This document shows, one piece after another, positions 1-8,615 of a stretch of DNA of 64,000 bases. Positions within the stretch are counted from its first letter, which is position 1; each line of letters opens with the position of its first letter. Below the pieces are notes generated by a model. It ran no database searches. It had not been told where the DNA came from and saw nothing but the letters and a program-made list of their open reading frames with translations. Origin of the DNA: Acidimicrobiales bacterium (GTDB lineage: Bacteria; Actinomycetota; Acidimicrobiia; Acidimicrobiales; Poriferisodalaceae); the NCBI GenBank assembly GCA_014239555.1, contig JAAZYR010000007.1:3141-67140 (forward strand). The letters are read 5' to 3'. A program made the translations under genes and the position numbers.

Positions 1-1863
1 TGGCACCTGGCCCCAACCAATGACATCTCGTCAGCCGGTCCTTTCGATCAATGGCCCCTTGCAAGAGGATTCGATCGGTTTTATGGGTTTCTTGAAGGAG
101 AGACCGACCAGTTCTATCCCGAGTTAGTGGTGGACAACCACCACATCGAACCACCAGCTACTCCGGCTGACGGATATCACCTCAGCGAAGACCTCGTCCA
201 GCAGTTGCTGCGAATGATCAATGACAGCAAAGGGGTGCGTCCGGATCGTCCCTTCTTCGCCTATCTGCCGTTCGGAGCGACGCACGCCCCCCATCAGGCG
301 CCCGAGTATTACCTCAGGAAGTATCGAGGTCGATACGACGAAGGATGGGATGTCGTTCGACAACGTTGGTACGAACGACAACTTGAACTTGGGGTCACCT
401 CGCCAAGCACGCAACTTGCACCCAGGAACCCCGGGGTCGAACCTTGGGAAGAGCTACCGTCCGCTCACCGTGAATTTGCCTGCCGACTCCAAGAAGCTTT
501 CGCCGCATTTCTTGACCACACTGACGACCAAATAGGTGTCTTTGTTGACGGACTCCGCTCAATGGGTCAATTAGATAACACGATTTTTGTCTTCCTCGCC
601 GATAACGGAGCTTCACAAGAAGGCGGCCCGTTCGGTGTAATGCACGAAATGAAATTCTTCAACGGTGTTTTCGACTCTCCTGAAGACCTCATCGACCAGG
701 TTGAAGAAATCGGTGGACCTCACAGCCATACCAACTACCCATGGGGTTGGGCCCAGTGCGGCAATGCCCCATTCAAGTGGTACAAGCAAAATACTCACGA
801 AGGTGGCGTACACGTTCCACTGATCTTTCATTGGCCTGCCGGCATCGATCACGAACAAGACGGGACATTGCGTAAGCAATTCGTGAACGTCTCAGATATA
901 ACACCAACTATTTACGAACTTCTAGGGATCGCCGCACCCGATACTTACAACGGGTTCGAACAACTGCCCATCACCGGCTCGTCGTTCGCTTCAATCCTCA
1001 ACGCTGCTGATGCTCCAGCAACCAACACGCTTCAGTACTTCGAACAATTCGGTTCTCGAGCCCTCATCGCGCAAGAGAACGGGACATGGTGGAAGGCAGT
1101 AACGCGGCACATCAAAGGACAGCCATTCGAGGACGACCGTTGGGAGTTATACAACCTCTCTGAAGACCAATCTGAATGTAATGACCTCGCAGACACAGAA
1201 CCAGACCAGCTCGAATCATTAATCAACCGCTGGTGGGGAGAAGCAGAAATCCATGGAGTACTTCCACTAGACGACCGCACGATCGAACTCTTTGGTTCAC
1301 GTCTTGATGATCACTCACCACACCCCACTCATCGGCGCTACCGCTATCAGCCACCGATGTCTCCGATACCATCTCAGGCCGCACCATCGCCTTCGGGCCG
1401 ACTATGGGACATGACTGCGCGGATCAACTGTGGAGAAAACGACGAAGGTGTGATCTACGCGACAGGTAATGAAAACTCGGGGTTAACGGTGTTTGTTCAA
1501 AACTCTCGTTTGGTAGTCGACTACAACGCTTTCAACGACCACTCGATTGTTGAATCGGAAATCACGGTGCCGCCGGGTGAAAGTGTGTTGTCCGTCAAGG
1601 TTGCGCGTACGAGTTCCACGACTGGACGAATCGACCTTGCCGTGAATGAAACCGTCTGTGGGACGATCGAATTGCCGTTCATGATGAGAATGATTAGCTC
1701 GATTGGAGCGAGCGTCGGCCGAGACCATGGTTCAGCTGTCTCAGCGAGATACACAGCGCCATATGAATTCACGGGCGAGCTACATGAACTCGTTATTGAA
1801 CTAGGTAAAAGAACGGCCACCGAGACGCAGACAACCGCTAAGGCCGAAATGTCTCGTCAATGA
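1..1863 (+). CDS. Arylsulfatase-family hydrolase, 5' end cut by the window edge
   Basis: Frame 1 is open from base 1 (WHLAPTNDISSAGPFDQWPLARGFDRFYGF...) and is continuous with the 127..1863 ORF. Sulfatase-like motifs FGATHAPHQAP and LADNGASQEGG are present. The long C-terminal domain resembles AtsA-type sulfatases. Confidence 0.85.
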   Translation, partial: WHLAPTNDISSAGPFDQWPLARGFDRFYGFLEGETDQFYPELVVDNHHIEPPATPADGYHLSEDLVQQLLRMINDSKGVRPDRPFFAYLPFGATHAPHQAPEYYLRKYRGRYDEGWDVVRQRWYERQLELGVTSPSTQLAPRNPGVEPWEELPSAHREFACRLQEAFAAFLDHTDDQIGVFVDGLRSMGQLDNTIFVFLADNGASQEGGPFGVMHEMKFFNGVFDSPEDLIDQVEEIGGPHSHTNYPWGWAQCGNAPFKWYKQNTHEGGVHVPLIFHWPAGIDHEQDGTLRKQFVNVSDITPTIYELLGIAAPDTYNGFEQLPITGSSFASILNAADAPATNTLQYFEQFGSRALIAQENGTWWKAVTRHIKGQPFEDDRWELYNLSEDQSECNDLADTEPDQLESLINRWWGEAEIHGVLPLDDRTIELFGSRLDDHSPHPTHRRYRYQPPMSPIPSQAAPSPSGRLWDMTARINCGENDEGVIYATGNENSGLTVFVQNSRLVVDYNAFNDHSIVESEITVPPGESVLSVKVARTSSTTGRIDLAVNETVCGTIELPFMMRMISSIGASVGRDHGSAVSARYTAPYEFTGELHELVIELGKRTATETQTTAKAEMSRQ

Positions 1864-1947
1864 ACGAACCGAAACCGGTGTTACTTGGTGTGAAGGGGCA
1901 AGACCGTTGTTCTTAGACGGACCGACAACGAGATACGAAAATGAGGA

Positions 1948-2370
1948 GTGATGATGGAAGTCACTAATGAAGTACTGCCAACTAGCGCAGAACGCATACA
2001 GGAGATGATGCAACCCGGCCCTGAAGGACCGATCTACATGGTGAATTTGCTGAAATTTAAGGATCGTGCGCAATACGAAGATGACCGGCGAAGCGAACTC
2101 TCCGGACGGGAGGCCTATCAACTGTACGGGCGAGCTGTCTCAAAGTTGATAGGCGAATTTGGAGGGGAAATAGTTTTTCACGCCGATGTCACTTTCTTGG
2201 CCCTTGGGCAAGTAGAAGAACTATGGGACGAAGTCGCAATAGCAAAATATCCGAATCGGGCGGCACTGCTCGCCATGAGCTCATCTCAGGAGTGGAGAGA
2301 CGCAGCGGTGCATCGCAGTGCGGGACTTGCCGGGCAACTCAACATAGAATCGGTTTCTCCACACTGGTAG
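1948..2370 (+). CDS. DUF1330-domain protein
   Basis: 140-aa ORF with a GAGGAG Shine-Dalgarno at 1943-1948. The start could be the ATG at 1951 or 1954. The sequence (PIYMVNLLKFKD...YPNRAALLAMSSSQEWRDA) resembles the DUF1330 family. Confidence 0.7.
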   Translation: MMMEVTNEVLPTSAERIQEMMQPGPEGPIYMVNLLKFKDRAQYEDDRRSELSGREAYQLYGRAVSKLIGEFGGEIVFHADVTFLALGQVEELWDEVAIAKYPNRAALLAMSSSQEWRDAAVHRSAGLAGQLNIESVSPHW

Positions 2371-2389
2371 TCCGACGGCGTCGGGGGGC

Positions 2390-3904
2390 GTGATGACTCG
2401 ACCCGACCGCAGACGGCGGGGACGCACAGCAGCAGAAACAAGGCGCGAAACGTCGCCGAACCCGGTTCCTCCAGGCCTCACGGGGGGCCGCTATCAGCCC
2501 CTTACCATGCAACAGGTCACCGAAATAGTTGAGGGAACCTACACCCTGTTGGAAACGGTGGGTGTGAGCGAAGCACCCGATTTTGTAAATGACCTTGTCG
2601 TCGAGGCTGGCGGACAGGTGGTCAACGGGAGGCTGCTGTACCCGCGCGAACTGGTCCAATCTTTGGTCGAGCAGGCGCCATCAGGTTTCGTCCTTTGCGG
2701 TAGAGACCCCAAGTACGACTTAGATCTCTCCGCACACCGTGTCCATCTAGGAACGGGAGGTGCGGCACCGATGATTATCGACATTGACAACGGCCAGTAC
2801 CGTCCCTCAACCCTTCGAGATCTTTACGATGTAGCCAGGCTCGTTGAAGGTTTGCAACATATCCACTTTCTGAGCCGACCTCTTGTCGCAGGAGACATGC
2901 CCGATGAGGAAACACTTGACATAAATACTGCCTACGCATGCCTAGCGGCAACGAGGAAACATGTCGCCACTAGCGCCACAAACGGCGCGACAGCAGCAGA
3001 GGTCGCGGAACTGTGTTTCGAGATAGCGGGATCTCAAGAAATGTTTCTTCAACGCCCATTTCTCTCATTTAACGTCAACCACGTCACACCGCCCTTGCGG
3101 ATGAGTGAACATGCAATGGAGGTGCTCCGCGTTGCAGCGCAATTGGGAATACCCGCGCATGCAAATGTGTTTGGCCAAGTCGGCGCTTCGTCTCCAGCTG
3201 GAATTGCTGCTGCGATCAGCCAGGCCATGGCAGAAGCATTGGCGGGAATGGTCTTCAGTTGGCTTGTAAATCCTTCAGCCAAGGTAATTTGTGGACCTGA
3301 GCCGATGATCGTCGACTTACGTACCGGAGGTATGAGTGGCGGCGGTGGCGAACAAGCATTGGCGATGGCAGCGGCGACACAAGTTGCTCGATCGCTGGGC
3401 CTGCCCAATAGGTCGATTGCTGGGGCCAGCGACGCTAAAACCTCCGATGTCCAAAGTGGAGCAGAGAAGGCTTTAACCGTAACGTTGGCCGCCCAGGCGG
3501 GAAGCAATCTGGTCACACAAGCTTGCGGGATGCAGGCCGCACTTATGGCTGCCTCATTCGAAAGCTACGTCGTTGACAACGACATGCTCGGTGCCGTCAT
3601 GAGCTCCTTGCGTCCCGTGAAGACTCAAGAAATCGATTCGTTAATGATTCAGGAAGTCGTTGCAGGGGCCGGACATTTCCTAGGTGAATCCGACACACTC
3701 AAGAGGATGACCACGGACTTCGTCTATCCGAGCGTGGCTGATCGAACAGACTTCAAACTCTGGGAGCAAGCTGGGCGTCCCACGCAACTAGACGCGGCTC
3801 GCAGCGAAGTGGAACGGATTCTAGAGGAACACCCGGGTTGTTTCTTTGAAGACGGGCTTGACCAACGAATTCGTTCGCGGTTCGACATTCGACTTAATTG
3901 GTAA
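2390..3904 (+). CDS. Trimethylamine methyltransferase (MttB) family protein, non-pyrrolysine type
   Basis: 504-aa uninterrupted ORF with no in-frame TAG. It has the arginine-rich N-terminus (RRRRGRTAAETRRE) and the overall pattern typical of non-Pyl MttB-superfamily quaternary-amine methyltransferases. Confidence 0.8.
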   Translation: MMTRPDRRRRGRTAAETRRETSPNPVPPGLTGGRYQPLTMQQVTEIVEGTYTLLETVGVSEAPDFVNDLVVEAGGQVVNGRLLYPRELVQSLVEQAPSGFVLCGRDPKYDLDLSAHRVHLGTGGAAPMIIDIDNGQYRPSTLRDLYDVARLVEGLQHIHFLSRPLVAGDMPDEETLDINTAYACLAATRKHVATSATNGATAAEVAELCFEIAGSQEMFLQRPFLSFNVNHVTPPLRMSEHAMEVLRVAAQLGIPAHANVFGQVGASSPAGIAAAISQAMAEALAGMVFSWLVNPSAKVICGPEPMIVDLRTGGMSGGGGEQALAMAAATQVARSLGLPNRSIAGASDAKTSDVQSGAEKALTVTLAAQAGSNLVTQACGMQAALMAASFESYVVDNDMLGAVMSSLRPVKTQEIDSLMIQEVVAGAGHFLGESDTLKRMTTDFVYPSVADRTDFKLWEQAGRPTQLDAARSEVERILEEHPGCFFEDGLDQRIRSRFDIRLNW

Positions 3905-4024
3905 AGGGCCACGACGAAGGGACTCGATGAGATCGACCGAATTGACCAAGGAATGTGCCGGGTCGCAACTGGTGGTCAAAGGTATCTCTTAGGAGAAATA
4001 GCAAATGGCGCTCCTCGAGCGTCA

Positions 4025-4047
4025 GGCCGTGAAGGCACGGTCATTTT
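4025..4047 (+). terminator. Hairpin plus U-tract in the mttB-cysD spacer (possible terminator or attenuator)
   Basis: GGCCGTG-AAGG-CACGGTC forms a 7-bp stem including one G-U pair (4025-4042). It is followed by A-TTTT (4044-4047). Confidence 0.3.
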
Positions 4048-4204
4048 GTACCGGTTTCGGCCATTGATTGAGGCTTCACGGAGTTATGAACCGCTGTCGC
4101 ATCGCCGGAAAGTGATTCGGAGCCAGGTCACGCTTGTGGCCTTACCTGCTACGGACATCTAACATCGCAGAGCGCAACGAGGCCGAAAGGTAGGTAGCGG
4201 CACC

Positions 4205-5128
4205 GTGCAGAATTCATCACTTTCCCCACAGCGCCGTAGCTATCTGGACTCGCTTGAATCGGAAGCTATTCATGTGTTCAGAGAAGTTGTTAGCCAATTT
4301 CGACGACCGGTCATGCTGTATTCGATTGGTAAAGACTCATCGGTGCTTTTGCACTTAGCGCGAAAAGCCTTCCACCCCGGATCGATTCCTTTCCCGCTAC
4401 TGCATATCGATACGACATGGAAGTTCAAAGAGATGATTGAATTTCGCGATCGAATCTGCGCCGAACTCGGTTTGGACCTACTAGTACACACCAACCTTGA
4501 AGGTCTGGCGGCTCAGATCAATCCGTTCGATCACGGATCTCAAACATATACCGACATCATGAAAACCGACGCGCTGAAACAGGCATTGACTCGTGGGAAC
4601 CACGACGCAGCCTTCGGCGGTGCACGCAGAGACGAGGAGCGCTCAAGGGCGAAGGAACGAATCTTTAGTTTTCGAGATTCGAACCACCGTTGGGATCCCA
4701 AGAATCAGAGACCCGAGCTATGGAATCTCTACAACGGAAAGGTTTCAGACGGAGAAAGTATCCGTGTTTTTCCCATAAGTAATTGGACCGAACTCGACGT
4801 TTGGCACTACATCCATCTTGAAAACATTGAGATAGTTCCGCTCTATCTCGCTGCACCCCGACCAATTGTGGAGCGTGAACAGAACTTAATCATGGTCGAC
4901 GACGCTCGATTCCCGCTAAGACCAAAAGAACAACCGCGCACGCGATCGGTGCGGTTTCGGACCTTAGGGTGTTACCCGCTATCAGGAGCTATCGAATCCA
5001 TCGCTTCAACCGTTCCAGAAGTTATTCAGGAAATGCTCTTAGATAGGCACTCCGAGCGTCAAGGCAGAATTATTGATCATGACCAACTCGCGTCGATGGA
5101 AGAAAAAAAACGTGAAGGGTATTTCTGA
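4205..5128 (+). CDS. cysD: Sulfate adenylyltransferase subunit 2
   Basis: Near-collinear with E. coli CysD as I recall it ([46 protein letters not shown]-terminal KKREGYF). GTG start. The stop overlaps the cysN start (TGATG). Confidence 0.95.
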   Translation: MQNSSLSPQRRSYLDSLESEAIHVFREVVSQFRRPVMLYSIGKDSSVLLHLARKAFHPGSIPFPLLHIDTTWKFKEMIEFRDRICAELGLDLLVHTNLEGLAAQINPFDHGSQTYTDIMKTDALKQALTRGNHDAAFGGARRDEERSRAKERIFSFRDSNHRWDPKNQRPELWNLYNGKVSDGESIRVFPISNWTELDVWHYIHLENIEIVPLYLAAPRPIVEREQNLIMVDDARFPLRPKEQPRTRSVRFRTLGCYPLSGAIESIASTVPEVIQEMLLDRHSERQGRIIDHDQLASMEEKKREGYF

Positions 5129-7044
5129 TGTTTGAGAGCGACCCGCTCATCGAGTCAGACATCGACGCGTACCTGGATCAACGAGTTCGTAAGGACCTGG
5201 TGCGGTTTATCACCTGCGGTAGCGTTGATGACGGAAAATCCACGCTTATAGGACGTTTACTACACGATTCACAACTCATCGCAGACGACCATTTGGAGAC
5301 CTTGAAAACCGATTCTCAGCGCAGAACTGGAACCGACGACATTGATTTGTCTCTCGTCACCGACGGATTAAAGGCGGAACGAGAACAAGGAATCACAATT
5401 GATGTCGCGTACCAGTATTTCTCGACACGGCATCGTAATTTCATCATCGCGGATACACCGGGTCACGAGCAATACACCCGAAATATGGCGACTGGAGCAT
5501 CGACAGCAGACCTGGCTGTGATTCTGATAGATGCTCGAAAAGGAGTGGTGCAACAGACACGGCGACATTCCTACTTAGCCGCGCTTCTCGGCGTGAAACA
5601 CATAGTCATCGCGGTCAACAAAATGGATCTTGTTGACTATTCCGAACAGAGATATCTGGAGATCGTTGCCGAATACACCGAATATTCAGCGAACCTAAAC
5701 ATCGAATCGCTTGAGTACATTCCCCTCTCAGCGCTTCACGGCGACAACGTTGTCGAATCCAGTGAGGTGATGCCATGGTTTGTCGGGCCGACCTTGATTG
5801 ATTACCTCAACGCAGTAGAGGTAGCCGTACCCATTAGCACCAATGAGTTTCGCCTTCCTGTGCAACTAGTCCTTCGCTCCGGCGCCGATTTCAGAGGGTA
5901 TGCGGGGAGTATCACTTCGGGGCAAATTCACCGCGGTGATCGAGTCACGGTCCTCCCTTCCGGTGTTTCTTCCACTGTGCAACGCATAGTGACGTTTGAT
6001 GGTGATTTGGATATGGCATCTGCGGGGGACGCTATTGCGGTGACGCTTGGAGACGAGATTGACATGAGTCGAGGAGACCTCCTCGTCAAAGAGGGCGAGA
6101 ACGTCGAACTTGACACATCAATTGCAGCGACAATTATTTGGATGGCAGATAAACCGCTTGATCTTGGTGAACAGCTAATTCTGCAATCACATAATGGGAC
6201 CGCGAACGTGAGGGTTGACACGGTTCGATACCTATTAGACGTGAACACTGGCCAAAAAGCGAAAGCAACTGCCCTTCAACTTAACGAGATAGCCGAATGC
6301 TCGATAAGTGCTGATCGCAAATTGCTCTTTGAGTCTTATGAAAGCAATCGCGCCGGAGGTTCCTTTATTCTGATCAACCGAATTAGCAACTCGACTGTTG
6401 CAGCCGGGATGATTGCAGGTCCACTTTCCCCATGGGATCAGGCGCCAAAAGATTCACTCGAAGTGCAGGATTCAGAAATCGGGGCACTGGAACGGCAGCT
6501 GCGCTATCGGCAGCGTCCGTGCACTGTCCTATTAACCGGGCTCACCGGGGCCGGGAAAAGCAGCATTGCGACTGCGCTCGAACGTTGTTTATTTGACCGA
6601 GGGAACTCAACTGTGAGGTTGGACGGGGAAAATGTTCGCCTCGGAATTAGCAAAGATCTTGGATTTACGGCTGTGGATCGCTCCGAAAATCTCCGCCGTG
6701 TCGCGGAGATCGCTCACTTGATGAACAGTCAGGGATTGATTGCGATAGCGGCCCTGCTGGCACCACAGGCCGAGGCAAGGGCACGGGCTCGCCAGTTAGT
6801 GGGAGCTGACCAATGGGTCGAGGTGTTTCTCGACACGCCACTTTCAGTTTGTCGCAGCAGGGACACCACCGGTCTGTATGAAGCTGCTGACCGGGGTGAC
6901 ATCGAAGAATTTCCGGGAGTTTCAGCTACCTATGAGGCACCGGAAGACGCGGATTTGCGTTTAGATACTTCTGACATGACGGTGGACCGGTGCGTGGAAG
7001 TCATTGTCACGTTGCTCAAAGAGAAGGGCTTTATCCATGAGTGA
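5128..7044 (+). CDS. cysNC: Bifunctional sulfate adenylyltransferase subunit 1 (GTPase) fused to an APS-kinase-like domain
   Basis: GTPase motifs GSVDDGKST, DTPGHEQY and NKMD are present. The C-terminal roughly 190 aa has a P-loop (GLTGAGKSS) and APS-kinase-like sequence (LDGENVRLGISKDLGF). Confidence 0.93.
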   Translation: MFESDPLIESDIDAYLDQRVRKDLVRFITCGSVDDGKSTLIGRLLHDSQLIADDHLETLKTDSQRRTGTDDIDLSLVTDGLKAEREQGITIDVAYQYFSTRHRNFIIADTPGHEQYTRNMATGASTADLAVILIDARKGVVQQTRRHSYLAALLGVKHIVIAVNKMDLVDYSEQRYLEIVAEYTEYSANLNIESLEYIPLSALHGDNVVESSEVMPWFVGPTLIDYLNAVEVAVPISTNEFRLPVQLVLRSGADFRGYAGSITSGQIHRGDRVTVLPSGVSSTVQRIVTFDGDLDMASAGDAIAVTLGDEIDMSRGDLLVKEGENVELDTSIAATIIWMADKPLDLGEQLILQSHNGTANVRVDTVRYLLDVNTGQKAKATALQLNEIAECSISADRKLLFESYESNRAGGSFILINRISNSTVAAGMIAGPLSPWDQAPKDSLEVQDSEIGALERQLRYRQRPCTVLLTGLTGAGKSSIATALERCLFDRGNSTVRLDGENVRLGISKDLGFTAVDRSENLRRVAEIAHLMNSQGLIAIAALLAPQAEARARARQLVGADQWVEVFLDTPLSVCRSRDTTGLYEAADRGDIEEFPGVSATYEAPEDADLRLDTSDMTVDRCVEVIVTLLKEKGFIHE

Positions 7045-7642
7045 AGGCCCGACTTCGAACAACATCACCCGATCAGAGGGGTTGATCGATACCAGAGCCC
7101 GGAATCTGCGATTCGGACATGGATCCTGCACCGTTTGGTTTACCGGTCTTTCGGGATCCGGAAAATCTACCCTTGCTCTTGCTTTAGAGGCAGAACTGCA
7201 TTCTCGCGAGGTCGGAAGTTACGTCTTATACGGTGACAACATTCGGTTCGGTCTGAACAGCGATTTGGGCTTTTCTCCTTCGGAAAGAACCGAGAACATT
7301 CGCAGAGTTGGGGAAGTTGCGCGTCTCTTTTGTGACGCTGGACTGGTTGTTCTCACTGCTTTCATATCGCCATACCTTCGCGATCGAGAGCTTGTACGAA
7401 ACCTCCACGCTCCTTCAACGTTTATTGAGGTGTACCTCAATACCCCTCTTGAAGAGTGCGAGCGACGCGACGAAAAAGGTTTGTACCGTAAAGCTCGCAA
7501 CGGAGAAATCAAAGAATTCACGGGGATTTCCGCCCCGTATGAACCGCCGGTGAACCCGGAACTAGTTGTAGATACGCGAAGACCGCTGGAAGAATGCGTC
7601 AACGAACTGTTGGCGATGTTGGCAAGCCACGGCGCTATTTAA
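7037..7642 (+). CDS. cysC: Adenylylsulfate (APS) kinase, stand-alone copy
   Basis: The ATG at 7037 overlaps the cysNC stop (ATGAGTGA). Motifs: FTGLSGSGKSTLA, NIRRVGEVARL, TAFISPY, GLYRKARNGEIKEFTGISAPYEPP. The ORF-track start at 7004 lies inside cysNC and is unlikely. Confidence 0.88.
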   Translation: MSEGPTSNNITRSEGLIDTRARNLRFGHGSCTVWFTGLSGSGKSTLALALEAELHSREVGSYVLYGDNIRFGLNSDLGFSPSERTENIRRVGEVARLFCDAGLVVLTAFISPYLRDRELVRNLHAPSTFIEVYLNTPLEECERRDEKGLYRKARNGEIKEFTGISAPYEPPVNPELVVDTRRPLEECVNELLAMLASHGAI

Positions 7643-7658
7643 GGAAGAAGGAATCGCA

Positions 7659-8600
7659 ATGTCGAGTGGTTCATGGATGAGCTCCGAACAGCACCGAGAA
7701 CTTTTTGAATCTGTAAAGAATTGGGGTCGATGGGGGCCTGAAGATGAAGCAGGAGCCTTGAACCTAATTACTCCAGAGCTGCGAGCCGCCGCTGCGGCCG
7801 AGGTGGTTCACGGTCAAGCTGTTAGCTGCGCTCGAGAATTGCCCGTCGAACCCAATGCCGAGAATCGTCACCCTGCACTCCACATGATGGTGCGCGGTGG
7901 CGACGATTGTGTTTCCCCGAGCATCAATATGGAATCGACTGGTGATTTCGTTGGTGTCGCGTTCCATGGAATGGCAACCTCGCACATAGACGCCTTGTGT
8001 CACGTCTTTGTTGACAAACGCATGTACAACGACTTCGGTGCTGAGACGGTGAGGAGCACTGGGGCGACTCGTTGCAGCATCATGGCCGCTTCGGACGGTG
8101 TCGTAGGGCGAGGCGTGTTGTTAGATGTTCCCAGACTGCAAGGGGTCGACTGGCTTGAACCTGGATACGCCATCAGTTCTGAAGAACTGGAGGCTTGTGA
8201 AAAGGCCCAAAACGTTTCGGTAGGGAGTGGCGACATCTTGCTGGTGGCAACCGGCCGCGATGCTCGAAGGGCTGAACTCGGTCCCTGGCATCCTTTTCAG
8301 GTGGGGATGGCTGGTTTGCACCCGGATTGCATTTCATGGCTAAGAGAGCGTGACGTTTCCGTTTTGGGTTGTGACGGGGTAAGCGACGTCTTGCCTGGGA
8401 ATCACCCAGACGACTGGGTGATGCCGATTCATCAGACGGTCATCGTGGCCATGGGAGTGCACCTTCTCGACAACTTACGCTTGGACCGTCTCGCTTCCGC
8501 GTGTCAGATGCACTCCAAATGGAGCTTCCTGTTTACCGTGGCGCCTTTAAGAGTCGAGGGGGGTACCGGATCACCGGCAAACCCCATTGCTCTGCTTTGA
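7659..8600 (+). CDS. Cyclase-family protein (kynurenine formamidase-like fold)
   Basis: NWGRWGPEDEAGALNLITPE N-terminus and an HIDALCH metal-site-like motif typical of the putative cyclase family. It starts 16 nt after cysC. Confidence 0.75.
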   Translation: MSSGSWMSSEQHRELFESVKNWGRWGPEDEAGALNLITPELRAAAAAEVVHGQAVSCARELPVEPNAENRHPALHMMVRGGDDCVSPSINMESTGDFVGVAFHGMATSHIDALCHVFVDKRMYNDFGAETVRSTGATRCSIMAASDGVVGRGVLLDVPRLQGVDWLEPGYAISSEELEACEKAQNVSVGSGDILLVATGRDARRAELGPWHPFQVGMAGLHPDCISWLRERDVSVLGCDGVSDVLPGNHPDDWVMPIHQTVIVAMGVHLLDNLRLDRLASACQMHSKWSFLFTVAPLRVEGGTGSPANPIALL

Positions 8601-8615
8601 CAGACTGCTCTTCCC

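Noticed and set aside
2390-3904. Possible pyrrolysine (in-frame TAG) in the MttB homologue
   Set aside because: The ORF is uninterrupted for 504 codons with no internal TAG, so it is a non-Pyl MttB-family member.
3953-4162. 69-aa ORF in the mttB-cysD spacer
   Set aside because: It has no Shine-Dalgarno and an Arg/Gly-rich composition typical of random frames. I recognise no family. The region is more likely untranslated leader RNA.
5101-5128. A8 run at the end of cysD as a possible frameshift or slippery site
   Set aside because: The reading frame continues to a C-terminus (KKREGYF) that matches E. coli CysD. The run simply encodes EEKKR.
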